Shown here: positions 18,392-29,048 of the stretch, piece by piece
Position numbering within the stretch: the stretch's first letter is position 1
Layout of the letters: every line of letters starts with the position of its first letter
NCBI GenBank assembly: GCA_964361095.1
Contig: CAYHZA010000007.1
Span: 3,010 to 67,009, forward strand
DNA from: an uncultured Candidatus Saccharibacteria bacterium
GTDB lineage: Bacteria > Patescibacteriota > Minisyncoccia > UBA6257 > 2-01-FULL-56-20
Direction of reading: 5' to 3'
Length of the DNA: 64,000 nucleotides
Notes under the pieces: model-generated
Seen by the model: the letters and a program-made list of their open reading frames with translations, nothing else
Told to the model about the DNA's origin: nothing
Database searches by the model: none
Program-made: the position numbers and the translations under genes

Positions 18392-19174
18392 ATGAGTAAA
18401 AAATTATTAACGCTCATTGGTTTTGCCACGGTTATTCTCGGCGTTATCGCGTACTTTCGTTTTAGTAGCGGCGGGACACAGCTTTTGTGGGATATGAGTA
18501 GCGGTGGAACGTGGCTTCTACCGCTCGCGGTCGTCGCGGCGCTCATAGACAGCATTAATCCGTGCGCTTTCTCAATCCTTATTCTCACGATTGCTTTTCT
18601 CTTTAGTTTAGGGAGAGTGCGTTCGGATATCGTAAAGATAGGCGGCGCATACATTCTTGGGATTTTTGTTGTCTATGTCGCGATAGGACTGGGAATTCTT
18701 CAGGCGCTCCATCTTTTCAACACGCCACACTTTATGGCGAAAGTGGGCGCGGGGCTTTTGATTTTGTGGGGCCTGATAAATCTCATCAATGAGTTTTTTC
18801 CCTCGTTTCCGGTAAAGCTCCGTATTCCGCAAGCGGCGCATCGGATGATGGCGGAATTTATGAACAAGGGTTCACTTCCAACGGCGTTCATTTTGGGCGT
18901 GCTTGTCGGTTTGTGTGAATTTCCCTGTACAGGAGGCCCTTATCTTATGATATTGGGACTACTTCACGACCAGGGGACGTACATGAGCGGATTGGGGTAC
19001 CTTATCCTCTATAACGTTATCTTCATCTTGCCGCTCGTCATCATCCTTTTTATGGCAAGCGATCGCGCGGTTTTGGAACGGGTACAGGGGTGGAAAAAAG
19101 CAAACACGCGGAAGATGAGATTATTCGGGGGTCTCGCAATGGTCGTACTGGGACTCCTTATTTATCTTCTGTAA
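18392..19174 (+). CDS. CcdA/DsbD-like transmembrane electron transfer protein
   Basis: DSINPCAF and CEFPCTGGPY, multiple TMs. Confidence 0.8.
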   Translation: MSKKLLTLIGFATVILGVIAYFRFSSGGTQLLWDMSSGGTWLLPLAVVAALIDSINPCAFSILILTIAFLFSLGRVRSDIVKIGGAYILGIFVVYVAIGLGILQALHLFNTPHFMAKVGAGLLILWGLINLINEFFPSFPVKLRIPQAAHRMMAEFMNKGSLPTAFILGVLVGLCEFPCTGGPYLMILGLLHDQGTYMSGLGYLILYNVIFILPLVIILFMASDRAVLERVQGWKKANTRKMRLFGGLAMVVLGLLIYLL

Positions 19175-19181
19175 AAAAACA

Positions 19182-19718
19182 ATGGCTACCGAAGAAGAAA
19201 AATTTTTTGATCTTGTCGCAAAGATCCAGGAGCTCAAAAAATCAAAAGACTTTGATCTGTCGATGGAGGAGGATCTAAGCATCGCCGTGATGAACCTCGT
19301 AAGCCTTGAAGAGCATTTCTTCTTTACGGCTTCAAAGACGGGGAAAGACGAGTACTTTGATCTTATGGGCGAAGCGCGGAATATACGCAAGGCGATGCTC
19401 GCGAAGATGATCGACGCGCACGAAGGGGAGACGTGGTGTATCTCGAAACATCTTCTTGCCGCGACGATGCGACTTATCGAGGTCGGTACAAAATTGCAGT
19501 CCGACGGTAAACGCGAAGAGGCAAAGGATGTATTCGCGAATGCCTATCGAGTTTATTCGCTCTTTTGGGCGCTGCGGTTGAAGCTCGTTGATACGAAGGG
19601 AATTAAAAAGATTTCCGATGGAAAACTGAATATTCACGAGGAGGCGAAATCGGAAAAACCATGGTCGGTCGAAGATATCGTCAACAAACTCGTGGATTGT
19701 TGTGATGAATCCCGTTAG
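19182..19718 (+). CDS. Conserved hypothetical protein ending in DCCDE
   Basis: NLVSLEEH, WCISKHLL, C-terminal CC. Confidence 0.7.
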   Translation: MATEEEKFFDLVAKIQELKKSKDFDLSMEEDLSIAVMNLVSLEEHFFFTASKTGKDEYFDLMGEARNIRKAMLAKMIDAHEGETWCISKHLLAATMRLIEVGTKLQSDGKREEAKDVFANAYRVYSLFWALRLKLVDTKGIKKISDGKLNIHEEAKSEKPWSVEDIVNKLVDCCDESR

Positions 19719-19829
19719 AGAAAACCAATCCCATAAGTCGCACTACGAACCATAAAAACAGGCATATGTATTCCATAAAGATCTTGCCGGGAAACAATGG
19801 AAGCATAAGTGCCTCCTGCCTCTAACGGG

Positions 19830-20192
19830 ATGAATAAAATAATTTTCGTATCCTTGCTTGCGCTTATCGCTCTTTTGAGTATTTGGCTTTTTTGGCCGGT
19901 GCCGCCGCATCCGGAACTCAATCAATTCGCGCAGTGCTTGAGCGAAAAGGGTGTCACTATGTATGGAGCCGACTGGTGCCCCCATTGTCAAAACGAGAAA
20001 AGAGCTTTTGGAGATTCCTTCCGTTTTGTGCCATACGTTGAGTGCCCCAAGGAACCAAATCGGTGTATTGCGGCAGGCATCAACGGTTATCCAACGTGGG
20101 TGTTCGCGGATGGAACACGGTTTGAGGGAGAGCAAGGAATCCAAAAATTGTCGCAAAAAAGCGGTTGTCCGCTTGGAGAATCAAAAAATTAA
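19830..20192 (+). CDS. Membrane-anchored thioredoxin/glutaredoxin-like protein
   Basis: MYGADWCPHC, YVEC, GYPTW. Confidence 0.85.
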   Translation: MNKIIFVSLLALIALLSIWLFWPVPPHPELNQFAQCLSEKGVTMYGADWCPHCQNEKRAFGDSFRFVPYVECPKEPNRCIAAGINGYPTWVFADGTRFEGEQGIQKLSQKSGCPLGESKN

Positions 20193-20204
20193 CCTTATGA
20201 ATCT

Positions 20205-21134
20205 ATGGAAAACGAACCGCAAAACAACATAACGGAAGATTTTCCGAGTGTTTTACCTAAGAAAGAAGGCGTGCTTTCGGCGAGCATTCTGATTTCCGTG
20301 CTGATTCTCGCCGGCGCGTGGATATATACAACCGGATTGAAGGCCGCGAATAATCCACAAAAAGGAAACGGCGCGCCTCTCTTGGAAGAAAAAGCATTAC
20401 CATCCGACGGGGTTGTTTTGCCGGTTGCATGGGGTGATCTTGGGGCGAGGCTTGTCGCCGCGGGAGCGATTGATGAGAGCAAGTTCAAGGCCATGTACGA
20501 TCGAAGAGGGGCTTTTCCTAATGAATACGAAAACCTGCTTCTCGAAAAAAATAACGGCAACATTAAAATCACCGGAGAGAACGCGGGTTATTTGTTGAAT
20601 TTATTCTGGGCGCTCGGTTTGAGCAATAAAAATAAAATTTTAGATGAAGGACCGATGATGGATCCGCGGTACGGAAACGCGGGAGGGTTTGCATCGACCG
20701 GCGGTTGGACGCTCGCGAAAGGCGATCCGATGGATCATTATTCAATGCACGTGCTCATTCCACTTACCGAAGACGAGCAAACGCTCGTCGAACGGGTGAG
20801 TAAGAACGTTTATCGCCCCTGTTGCGACAACGCGACTTACTTCCCGGACTGCAATCACGGGATGGCGATGCTCGGTCTTCTTGAGCTTCTAGCGTCACAG
20901 GGCGTAACCGAGGCGCAGATGTACCGCGTGGCGCTTCAGGTAAATTCGTATTGGTTTCCAGAGCAGTACGCTACGATTGCGCGGTACTTTGAGTCGGAAG
21001 GCATCTCGCCACAGAGCGTTGATCCGAAAGAGGCAGTCAGCGCGGCATACTCAAGCGGTTCCGGTTTTCGCCGGATCGCGAGTTTGGTGCCGCCGGAAAC
21101 CGAGAAACGCCCTAGCGGCGGATGTGGGGTATAG
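20205..21134 (+). CDS. Membrane-anchored Cys/His-motif protein
   Basis: YRPCCDN..FPDCNHGMAM, C-terminal GGCGV. Confidence 0.75.
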   Translation: MENEPQNNITEDFPSVLPKKEGVLSASILISVLILAGAWIYTTGLKAANNPQKGNGAPLLEEKALPSDGVVLPVAWGDLGARLVAAGAIDESKFKAMYDRRGAFPNEYENLLLEKNNGNIKITGENAGYLLNLFWALGLSNKNKILDEGPMMDPRYGNAGGFASTGGWTLAKGDPMDHYSMHVLIPLTEDEQTLVERVSKNVYRPCCDNATYFPDCNHGMAMLGLLELLASQGVTEAQMYRVALQVNSYWFPEQYATIARYFESEGISPQSVDPKEAVSAAYSSGSGFRRIASLVPPETEKRPSGGCGV

Positions 21135-21239
21135 ATAAGTATTGACGGAAAGTTATCCACACCATGTGGTTGACTAATAGCATATAGGGGTATAGGGTAT
21201 AAGTAGGTCGATGCTAAATTATTAAAAACGCTTACACCC

Positions 21240-21512
21240 ATGGTAGATCAAAAACTTAAAAAAAGAGCCATTCACCGGGCAAAGATCATTCGCGGTCAGA
21301 TGGACGGACTCATCAAGGCGATTGAGAAAGAGACGTACTGTCCCGATCTACTCGAACAGTCCCGATCAATTCAAAGGTCGCTCAAGAGCCTTGATGCTTT
21401 CTTGCTCGAAAACCACTTGCGGACGCACGTGAAGCATCAAATGAATCAGAAAAGCGGAGACGACAAGGCCGTTAAAGAATTAATCAGGATATACACCTTG
21501 TCCAATAAATAG
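21240..21512 (+). CDS. csoR: CsoR/RcnR family metal-sensing repressor
   Basis: RAKIIRGQMDGL, YCPDLL, LENHLRTHV. Confidence 0.8.
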   Translation: MVDQKLKKRAIHRAKIIRGQMDGLIKAIEKETYCPDLLEQSRSIQRSLKSLDAFLLENHLRTHVKHQMNQKSGDDKAVKELIRIYTLSNK

Positions 21513-21548
21513 TTGGCGGCTTCGTGGCCAAGGTAAACCCAATAACAC

Positions 21549-21713
21549 ATGACTCAATTATCAAGAGGTATGACATTTGATGTGGTTTGTGGCATGGAGC
21601 TTAACCTTGAACATATTAAACACGCCATAGAGCACAAAGGAGAAAGTTACTATTTTTGCGGAGAATCCTGCAGGGATCACTTTGTCAATGATCCCGAAAA
21701 ATATGTTGGCTAA
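21549..21713 (+). CDS. YHS-domain protein (54 aa, below ORF-track cutoff)
   Basis: Manual translation: DVVCGM...YYFCGESCRDHF..DPEKY. Confidence 0.85.
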   Translation: MTQLSRGMTFDVVCGMELNLEHIKHAIEHKGESYYFCGESCRDHFVNDPEKYVG

Positions 21714-21734
21714 TTAATCAATTAATTCAAAAAT

Positions 21735-21956
21735 ATGAAACTATCAAAATTAATGCATGTTATGAGCGTTATCGTGGGGTTCGCCGGAGTGATTACATTT
21801 GCGGCCGCCATTCTTGGCGGTGCCGATAACCTTGTATTCGGGGTTACAAAAGTAGATGCCTTGCTCTGCTCCGGGATTCTTGTTCTTATCGCAATCTGGG
21901 TTCAAATTGGAACGATTCATCACATGATGCTTGAGAAGCGCGGGGAAATCATCTAA
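21735..21956 (+). CDS. Small membrane protein
   Basis: Two TM segments, IHHMM tail. Confidence 0.65.
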   Translation: MKLSKLMHVMSVIVGFAGVITFAAAILGGADNLVFGVTKVDALLCSGILVLIAIWVQIGTIHHMMLEKRGEII

Positions 21957-21978
21957 TCAATTAATTAAAACTTAATCT

Positions 21979-22188
21979 ATGGAAAACAAGATTAGATCAT
22001 TAATCAAAAAATTAAGCAGGTTTGGTTTTAGCGTTAGGTCAAAAAATAAAGACCACATAGATCCAGTATGCGGGATGGAGGCATCGGGTGGTCTATTCAA
22101 AGCCGATTATAAAGACAAAAATTATTATTTCTGTTCGGATCATTGCCGGGAGAAATTCGCGGCCAATCCCGATAATTACGTGAATTAA
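21979..22188 (+). CDS. YHS-domain protein
   Basis: DPVCGM, YYFCSDHCREKF. Confidence 0.85.
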   Translation: MENKIRSLIKKLSRFGFSVRSKNKDHIDPVCGMEASGGLFKADYKDKNYYFCSDHCREKFAANPDNYVN

Positions 22189-22192
22189 AAAT

Positions 22193-22642
22193 ATGGATAC
22201 AAAGCAGAAAACAAAGATTTTTTTCAGTGCCGTTGTCGCAATGTTATCGCTCCTGCTTTTGTATTTTCTTATCGTTACTCTCGTGTCAGGCTTCAAGTTT
22301 GCCCTAACTCAATTTTCAAGTTATTGGTATTTTTTAATCAGCTTGGCATTAGGATTTGGAATTCAGATCGGTCTATACTCTTATCTAAAACAGCTTGTGA
22401 AGAATAGCGGCGCGATTATGGGAGGCAAGACTGTGGCGGTAACGGGGACAACTTCTACGCTGGCAATGATTTCATGTTGCGCGCATTATTTGGCAAATAT
22501 TGTGCCAATACTCGGTATTGCGGGTGCTCTTTCTATAATTGCTCAATATCAAATCGAGATATTCTGGGTCGGTCTTTTCTTTAATGTGTTCGGGATAGCA
22601 TTTATCAGCAACAAAATCATCAAATTCAAAAAACACTTATGA
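22193..22642 (+). CDS. Membrane protein with SCCAH motif
   Basis: Four TMs, MISCCAHY. Confidence 0.7.
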   Translation: MDTKQKTKIFFSAVVAMLSLLLLYFLIVTLVSGFKFALTQFSSYWYFLISLALGFGIQIGLYSYLKQLVKNSGAIMGGKTVAVTGTTSTLAMISCCAHYLANIVPILGIAGALSIIAQYQIEIFWVGLFFNVFGIAFISNKIIKFKKHL

Positions 22643-23097
22643 AAAAAGCGATAACTATATCCATAGGAGTCTTCGCGCTTATAGGGGGCTTTCTTGTTTT
22701 CTATAACTCAGAGCCCGTTTCTAATCCGGTTCAAAATAATACGCCTGCGTCTGACATGCGACAAAAATGGGATTCAAAAACAAATGAACAGGCGAGTGTC
22801 ACCGTGACCGTTACGCCGTTTGACCTCTTTGCGCAATCGAAAGAATGGAAGTTTGATGTTGTTTTAGACACTCATTCGGTTGAGCTTGATCAGGATATGA
22901 CTAAAGTGGCCGTGCTTGTGGATGAGGGTGGCAAAGAATACAAACCATTACGCTTCGAAGGCGATCCCGCCGCCGGCCACCACAGAGAAGGCACCCTTAT
23001 ATTTGGGCAAATAACACCGGTGCCGAAAGCCATCGAGTTAAAAATCAAGAATATTGGCGGAGTTCCCGAACGTTTGTTTAAGTGGAATATGGAATAA
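22639..23097 (+). CDS. Membrane-anchored His-motif protein
   Basis: LDTHSVEL, GHHREG. Confidence 0.7.
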   Translation: MKKAITISIGVFALIGGFLVFYNSEPVSNPVQNNTPASDMRQKWDSKTNEQASVTVTVTPFDLFAQSKEWKFDVVLDTHSVELDQDMTKVAVLVDEGGKEYKPLRFEGDPAAGHHREGTLIFGQITPVPKAIELKIKNIGGVPERLFKWNME

Positions 23098-23101
23098 ATT
23101 T

Positions 23102-25237
23102 ATGAATAATCACAATCACGAACTGCAGGAAAATTTGGCGACAGTTTACACTTGCCCCATGCACCCTGAAATCAGGCAGGACAGACCGGGTATGTGTCCC
23201 GAATGCGGCATGAGTCTTGTGCCCGCTAAAAAGTCCGCCAAAGGCGGACTTACCTCGGGCGGAAAAAAAATGACGGGTAAACATGCCGGGCACAGCACGG
23301 CAATGTTTCTTCGAAAATTCTGGGTAAGCTTGATTCTCACAATTCCGGTTGTACTCTATGCCGATGTGTTTAACACGATCTTTAAATGGTATTTGCCAGA
23401 GTTTCCTGGCATGGAATATATGCCGCTTTTGCTTGGCTCAATTGTTTTTTTCTATGGCGGATGGATTTTTCTCGCCGGTGCGTGGATAGAGATTCGCGGA
23501 CGCTTGCCCGGCATGATGACCTTGATCGGTATCGCGATTTCGGCGGCTTACTTTTGGAGCATCTACGCGGTTTTTGCAGGCGCGGAAGCTTTGTTCTGGG
23601 AACTGACGACTCTTATTACCATCATGCTGCTTGGCCACTGGATCGAAATGCGGGCGGTTTCCGGCGCGCAAGGCGCATTAAAAGAACTTTCAAAACTGCT
23701 TCCTGATACTGCTGAAGTTATTCGTAACGGTAAAATAGAAACAATCGAACTTTCTGAGCTTAAGGAAAATGACGTGGTCTTGGTGCGGCCGGGAAGCAAA
23801 ATTCCGGCAGACGGAAAAGTCATAAACGGTGAATCTGATGTGAACGAATCGATGGTGACTGGAGAATCAAAGCCAGTGGCTAAGAAAGATGGTGATGCTG
23901 TTATCGCCGGCACGATCAATGGCGACGGAGCGCTGAAGATCAGTGTCTCAAACATCGGGGAGAAAACATTTCTTGCAGGTGTAATGCGTTTGGTTGCCGA
24001 GGCGCAGGCTTCTAAGTCGAGATTGCAGATTCTCTCGGATCGTGCGGCCTTCTATTTAACGATAGTTGCCGTTGGCGGAGGTTTGATTACGCTAATTGCC
24101 TGGCTACTTTCTGGCGCAGAAGTTGGCTTTGCGGTAGCACGACTTGTGGCAGTGCTCGTCATTGCCTGTCCACACGCGCTCGGTCTTGCAGTGCCGCTTG
24201 TTGCTTCAATTTCTACAACAAAAGCGGCGCAAAACGGCCTTTTGGTAAAGCAACGGCTTGCTCTTGAAGCGGCAAGAACAGTCAACATTGTGCTTTTCGA
24301 CAAAACAGGAACGCTTACCAAGGGTGAATTCGGAGTCGTTGGAATATGGAATATAAATGGCCACAGTAAAGATGAGGTCTTAGAATTAGCAGCTTCTCTT
24401 GATGCCTTATCAGAACATCCGATCGCAAAAGCTGTGGTTATGGAGGCAAAGAAACGAGAGCTCTCGTTTAAAGAGCTAAAAAAATTTGAAGCATTAAAAG
24501 GTAAAGGAGTAAGGGCATTTATTGAAGAAAAAGAGGTTATGGTTGGCGGACCAGCGCTTCTTGAAAGCATGGGCGTTAATGTTCCGAATGAACTTACAAA
24601 GCAGGTTCAGGATGCCGGAAAAAAAGGACAGACGGTTATCTTTGTGCTTCGCGACAGAGCCCTTTTGGGCGCGCTTGCCCTTGCCGACATCATCCGTGAA
24701 GAATCACAGGAAGCGATCAGAGCGCTCAAAGCAATGGGTGTCCGTTCCGCGATGGTTACCGGCGATTCGGAGGATGTTGCAAAATGGGTAAGCCAAGCAC
24801 TTAGCATCGACGAATACTTTGCTCGTGTGTTGCCCTCGGAGAAGTCAGAAAAAGTGAGAGAACTTCAAAGGCGCAACATGAGAGTCGCTATGGTGGGCGA
24901 CGGCGTGAATGACGCGCCGGCCTTGACTCAAGCCGATCTCGGTATCGCGATCGGCGCGGGGACGAATGTTGCCATTGAGTCGGCAGGAATTATTCTGGTC
25001 CGCAATGATCCGCGGGATATTGTAAAAATAATCAGATTGTCTCAGATGACGTATTCAAAGATGATCCAAAATCTTTGGTGGGCGGCTGGCTATAATATCA
25101 TCGCATTGCCACTGGCGGCCGGCGCCCTCGCCTTTAAGGGTATATTACTGGATCCGGCGATTGCGGCAGTGTTTATGTCGGCAAGTACGGTGATTGTCGC
25201 CGTGAACGCCGTTCTTTTAAGACGGCAGAAGTTGTAG
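23102..25237 (+). CDS. Copper-translocating P1B-type ATPase (CPH motif, CopB-like)
   Basis: YTCPMHP metal-binding domain, TGES, ACPHALGL, DKTGT, GDGVNDAP. Confidence 0.92.
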   Translation: MNNHNHELQENLATVYTCPMHPEIRQDRPGMCPECGMSLVPAKKSAKGGLTSGGKKMTGKHAGHSTAMFLRKFWVSLILTIPVVLYADVFNTIFKWYLPEFPGMEYMPLLLGSIVFFYGGWIFLAGAWIEIRGRLPGMMTLIGIAISAAYFWSIYAVFAGAEALFWELTTLITIMLLGHWIEMRAVSGAQGALKELSKLLPDTAEVIRNGKIETIELSELKENDVVLVRPGSKIPADGKVINGESDVNESMVTGESKPVAKKDGDAVIAGTINGDGALKISVSNIGEKTFLAGVMRLVAEAQASKSRLQILSDRAAFYLTIVAVGGGLITLIAWLLSGAEVGFAVARLVAVLVIACPHALGLAVPLVASISTTKAAQNGLLVKQRLALEAARTVNIVLFDKTGTLTKGEFGVVGIWNINGHSKDEVLELAASLDALSEHPIAKAVVMEAKKRELSFKELKKFEALKGKGVRAFIEEKEVMVGGPALLESMGVNVPNELTKQVQDAGKKGQTVIFVLRDRALLGALALADIIREESQEAIRALKAMGVRSAMVTGDSEDVAKWVSQALSIDEYFARVLPSEKSEKVRELQRRNMRVAMVGDGVNDAPALTQADLGIAIGAGTNVAIESAGIILVRNDPRDIVKIIRLSQMTYSKMIQNLWWAAGYNIIALPLAAGALAFKGILLDPAIAAVFMSASTVIVAVNAVLLRRQKL

Positions 25238-25280
25238 AATGAGATGTGATGCGTTCAGGAATTTTTTGTGATATCCATTT

Positions 25281-26576
25281 ATGAGCAATCTTAAAAAGAT
25301 AAAAAATTTTGAGGATCTTGCGCGGACTCCGCTTCGCAAGCTTGCGTTTCAAATGATAGAAGCGGGAATTGCCGCGATTGACACAAAAACGTCGGTGCGC
25401 TCGGCCGTACGTTTTGAAGGAGATGTTCTTATGGTTAACGATAAGAAGATTCGGATCCATGAAGGTGGGCGCTTGTTCGTCGTAGGAGTCGGGAAGTGCT
25501 CGCTTGAAGCCGCCGCGGCGCTTGAAGAAATTTTAGGAGATCGCATCACGGCGGGTATTGTTGTGGATGTGCACGATGGGGAGCTTAAAAAAATAAAAGC
25601 GTATGCAGGTGATCATCCTTTTCCGTCACAAAGGAACGTTGACGTTACGAAAGCTATGATCGATCTTCTCCGCGATGCTCGCGAAGATGACGTGGTTATC
25701 GCGATTGTTTCGGGAGGCGGATCAACACTTCTCTGTCAGCCCCAGAATATGACCTGCCAGGACGAAGCGTTTATTGTCGAGCACCTTTTCAGAGAAGGGG
25801 CTACCATACAAAAGATTAATACCTTGCGGAAGCACCTCTCTCTTGCCCGGGGAGGTTATTTGGCGAAATATGCTTATCCCGCAACCGTTGTCTCCCTTAT
25901 CTTTTCGGATGTGCCCGGTAATGATATTCGAGCCGTTGCTTCGGGTCCGACAGTGCGTGATCTTACGACGATTGCCGATGCGAAAAAAATCGCTGAAGAA
26001 TTCGGCGTTCGACAAGTAAGCCATTTGAGCGGATTTGATCTCATAGAGACACCGAAAGAAGAAAAATATTTTTCGAAGGTACACAATTTTCTTATTGTTT
26101 CGAATATCGTGGCGCTTCAGGCTATGGCGGCTATTGCGGAGCAGAACGGATTTAATCCCGTTATCTGCGGTAGCTGTATCTTTGGAGAAGCACGTGTTAT
26201 CGGCGAAGGCATCGTAAAGCAACTTGGCACGTTTAGCGGCAAAACAGCTCTTCTTTATGGCGGAGAAACTACGGTTACGATGAAGGGAAACGGTAAAGGA
26301 GGACGGAATCAGGAGTTGGCGCTTTCCGCTCTGCGATTTATAAAGAATAATCAACTTGTCGTCTCTTTCGCTTCGGATGGTAAAGACAATTCCGAATTCG
26401 CGGGCGCTTTGTGTGATATAATAACTAAAGAGAATGCCGCCTTACGCGGGTTCGATCCCGAAGAATATCTCGCAAGAAACGACGCGTATCCTTTCTTTCG
26501 CGAAGTAGGTGATTACTTTTTAACGGGAGATACCGGATCGAATGTTTCCGATCTTATTATTGCGCTTAAGGAATAA
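25281..26576 (+). CDS. Glycerate 2-kinase (MOFRL/TtuD family)
   Basis: GDHPFP, SGGGS, SDVPG, GGETTV, GGRNQE, TGSNVSD. Confidence 0.88.
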   Translation: MSNLKKIKNFEDLARTPLRKLAFQMIEAGIAAIDTKTSVRSAVRFEGDVLMVNDKKIRIHEGGRLFVVGVGKCSLEAAAALEEILGDRITAGIVVDVHDGELKKIKAYAGDHPFPSQRNVDVTKAMIDLLRDAREDDVVIAIVSGGGSTLLCQPQNMTCQDEAFIVEHLFREGATIQKINTLRKHLSLARGGYLAKYAYPATVVSLIFSDVPGNDIRAVASGPTVRDLTTIADAKKIAEEFGVRQVSHLSGFDLIETPKEEKYFSKVHNFLIVSNIVALQAMAAIAEQNGFNPVICGSCIFGEARVIGEGIVKQLGTFSGKTALLYGGETTVTMKGNGKGGRNQELALSALRFIKNNQLVVSFASDGKDNSEFAGALCDIITKENAALRGFDPEEYLARNDAYPFFREVGDYFLTGDTGSNVSDLIIALKE

Positions 26577-26587
26577 AAATTACAACT

Positions 26588-28981
26588 ATGAAATTTACTA
26601 AACTGTTTGAAGAAGTCGGTATTAAAGATGTCGGTCTTGTCGGAGGAAAAAATGCCTCGCTCGGAGAGATGATACGCACCTTGAAATCCAAAGGTGTGCC
26701 GGTGCCTTCTGGTTTTATCGTGACCGCGGAGGCTTATTTTTATTTTCTTAAAGCAACCGGACTCGATAAATTTATCCGAACAACACTCAAAGATTTAGAT
26801 ACAAAAAATTTAAAAGAATTGCATCGTTGCGGTTCGGCGATCCGAAACGCGATCATACGCACGGAATTTCCGAAAGATTTACAACAAGAAATTATAATGG
26901 GTTACCGCGGGCTCGAAAAACGCTACGGGAAAAACGCGGATACGGCGGTGCGTTCATCGGCGACTGCCGAAGATTTGCCGGGTGCCTCTTTCGCCGGTGA
27001 GCAGGAAAGTTATCTTGGTATTCGCGGCGAGCGTGAAATTCTCCGCGCCGTCCGCGCCACCATGGCTTCGCTTTTTACCGACCGCGCCATTTCCTATCGC
27101 GAGGATCGCGGTTTTGATCATTTTAGAGTAGGACTTTCGGCGGGTGTTCAAAAAATGGTGCGTTCGGACAAGGCGTGTTCGGGGGTGATGTTCAGCTTGG
27201 ACACCGAATCCGGCTTCCCGAACGTTGTTCTTATCAACGGTTCGTGGGGTTTAGGTGAAATGATCGTGAAGGGCGAGGTGACGCCTGATGAGTTTTTTGT
27301 CTGGAAAGAAGGATTGAAGCGGAACGTTTCGCATCCCATTATCGAAAAGAAATTGGGCGTGAAGTTTCACAAGATGATTTACCATCACGGCAAGGCGATT
27401 CAGCAGACAAAAATCATATCTACTACGGTTACCGAGCGTGACTCATTCGTGCTGACCGACAAAGAGATTGCAAAGCTCGCTCGTTGGGGGGTCATTATTG
27501 AAAAGCACTATACCAACCACTACAAGAAGTGGATGCCGATGGATATGGAGTGGGCGAAAGACGGCGTAACGGGTGAGCTTTTTATCGTGCAGGCGCGTCC
27601 AGAGACGATTCACGCCGGGCGTGATTTTTCGAAATTGAAAGAATATATTTCTCTTGAGAAGCGGATTCCAATAGTGGCGGGGGCATCCGTGGGATCAAAA
27701 ATCGCAACAGGCAAGGCGCGGGTGATTTTAGACGCGAAACACATCGGTGAATTTAAGAAAGGCGAAGTTTTGGTCACTGATATGACCGATCCGGATTGGG
27801 AACCGATCATGAAAATCGCATCCGCAATCGTAACCGATAAGGGTGGCCGCACTTCGCATGCCGCAATCGTTTCTCGCGAGCTTGGAATTCCCGCGGTAGT
27901 GGGCACGGAAAAAGCAACGAAGCTCATAAAAACCGGTGACTTGATTACTGTGGATACGACCGGTAGCGCCGGAAGTATCTATAAAGGATTCCTTAAATTT
28001 AAAGTTGTTGAACATGACCTAAAAAAAATCCCGCACCCCAAGACGAAAGTGATGGTAAATGTGGCGATTCCCGATAGCGCGTTCGAACATTCGTTTTTGC
28101 CGAATCAAGGCGTGGGTCTTGCCCGCGAAGAATTTATCATTGCGTCGAAAATGGGAGTGCATCCGATGGCGCTTTTAAACATGAAAAATGTCAATCCTGC
28201 CGTGCGGCGCGCGATAGAGATGAAAATGCGCGGCTGGAAAGATCCCAAGCAGTACTACATAGACAATCTTGCGTTCGGGGTCGCGAAGATCGGCGCGGCG
28301 TTTTATCCGAAGCCCGTGATCGTGCGCTTCTCGGACTTCAAAACAAACGAGTACCGCACGCTTTTGGGCGGTGAGCAATATGAACCGCAGGAAGAAAATC
28401 CGATGCTTGGCTGGCGTGGCGCTTCGCGGTATTACGATCCGAAGTTCATCGAAGCGTTCGCGCTTGAATGCAAAGCCGTCAAAAAAGTTCGCGAGGATAT
28501 GGGACTCGTGAACGTAATTCCGATGATTCCGTTCTGCCGCACCGTGGAAGAGGCAAAGAAAGTAATTGCGGTTATGGAGAAAAACGGTTTGAGTCGAAAG
28601 AAAGACAGAACGCTCAAGGTTTACGTGATGTGTGAGATCCCTTCAAATGTTATTCTGGCGGACGAATTCCTAAATATTTTCGATGGAATGTCCATTGGAT
28701 CCAATGATTTAACACAACTTACGCTGGGGCTTGATCGGGATTCGGGAATTGTAACCCGCATCGCGAACGAGAATAACCCGGCGGTTAAAAAACTCATCTC
28801 CGATGTGATCAAAAAATGCCGCGCGAAGAAAAAATACATCGGTATCTGCGGCCAGGGGCCCTCGGATTATCCCGAATTCGCCGAGTTTTTAGTGAAAGAG
28901 GGGATAGAGAGCATTTCGCTGAATCCCGATACGGTGGTGAAGACGACTATGGCGATTGCGCGAGTGGAGAAGGGGAAATAG
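26588..28981 (+). CDS. ppsA: Phosphoenolpyruvate synthase
   Basis: VGGKNASLGEM, RSSATAEDLP, GGRTSHAAI, SIGSNDLTQ, ICGQGPSD. Confidence 0.95.
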   Translation: MKFTKLFEEVGIKDVGLVGGKNASLGEMIRTLKSKGVPVPSGFIVTAEAYFYFLKATGLDKFIRTTLKDLDTKNLKELHRCGSAIRNAIIRTEFPKDLQQEIIMGYRGLEKRYGKNADTAVRSSATAEDLPGASFAGEQESYLGIRGEREILRAVRATMASLFTDRAISYREDRGFDHFRVGLSAGVQKMVRSDKACSGVMFSLDTESGFPNVVLINGSWGLGEMIVKGEVTPDEFFVWKEGLKRNVSHPIIEKKLGVKFHKMIYHHGKAIQQTKIISTTVTERDSFVLTDKEIAKLARWGVIIEKHYTNHYKKWMPMDMEWAKDGVTGELFIVQARPETIHAGRDFSKLKEYISLEKRIPIVAGASVGSKIATGKARVILDAKHIGEFKKGEVLVTDMTDPDWEPIMKIASAIVTDKGGRTSHAAIVSRELGIPAVVGTEKATKLIKTGDLITVDTTGSAGSIYKGFLKFKVVEHDLKKIPHPKTKVMVNVAIPDSAFEHSFLPNQGVGLAREEFIIASKMGVHPMALLNMKNVNPAVRRAIEMKMRGWKDPKQYYIDNLAFGVAKIGAAFYPKPVIVRFSDFKTNEYRTLLGGEQYEPQEENPMLGWRGASRYYDPKFIEAFALECKAVKKVREDMGLVNVIPMIPFCRTVEEAKKVIAVMEKNGLSRKKDRTLKVYVMCEIPSNVILADEFLNIFDGMSIGSNDLTQLTLGLDRDSGIVTRIANENNPAVKKLISDVIKKCRAKKKYIGICGQGPSDYPEFAEFLVKEGIESISLNPDTVVKTTMAIARVEKGK

Positions 28982-29048
28982 CCAGTAGAGGAACGCATGA
29001 TGGATCTGCGGTCTTTCAATTCTCGCGGAGTTGTGCCATACTGTAAGC

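Noticed and set aside
1335-21161. Replication origin suggested by DnaA-box matches (1335 tgtggataa, 12927 ttatgcaca, 21153 ttatccaca)
   Set aside because: The boxes are isolated and far apart, with no cluster and no dnaA gene.
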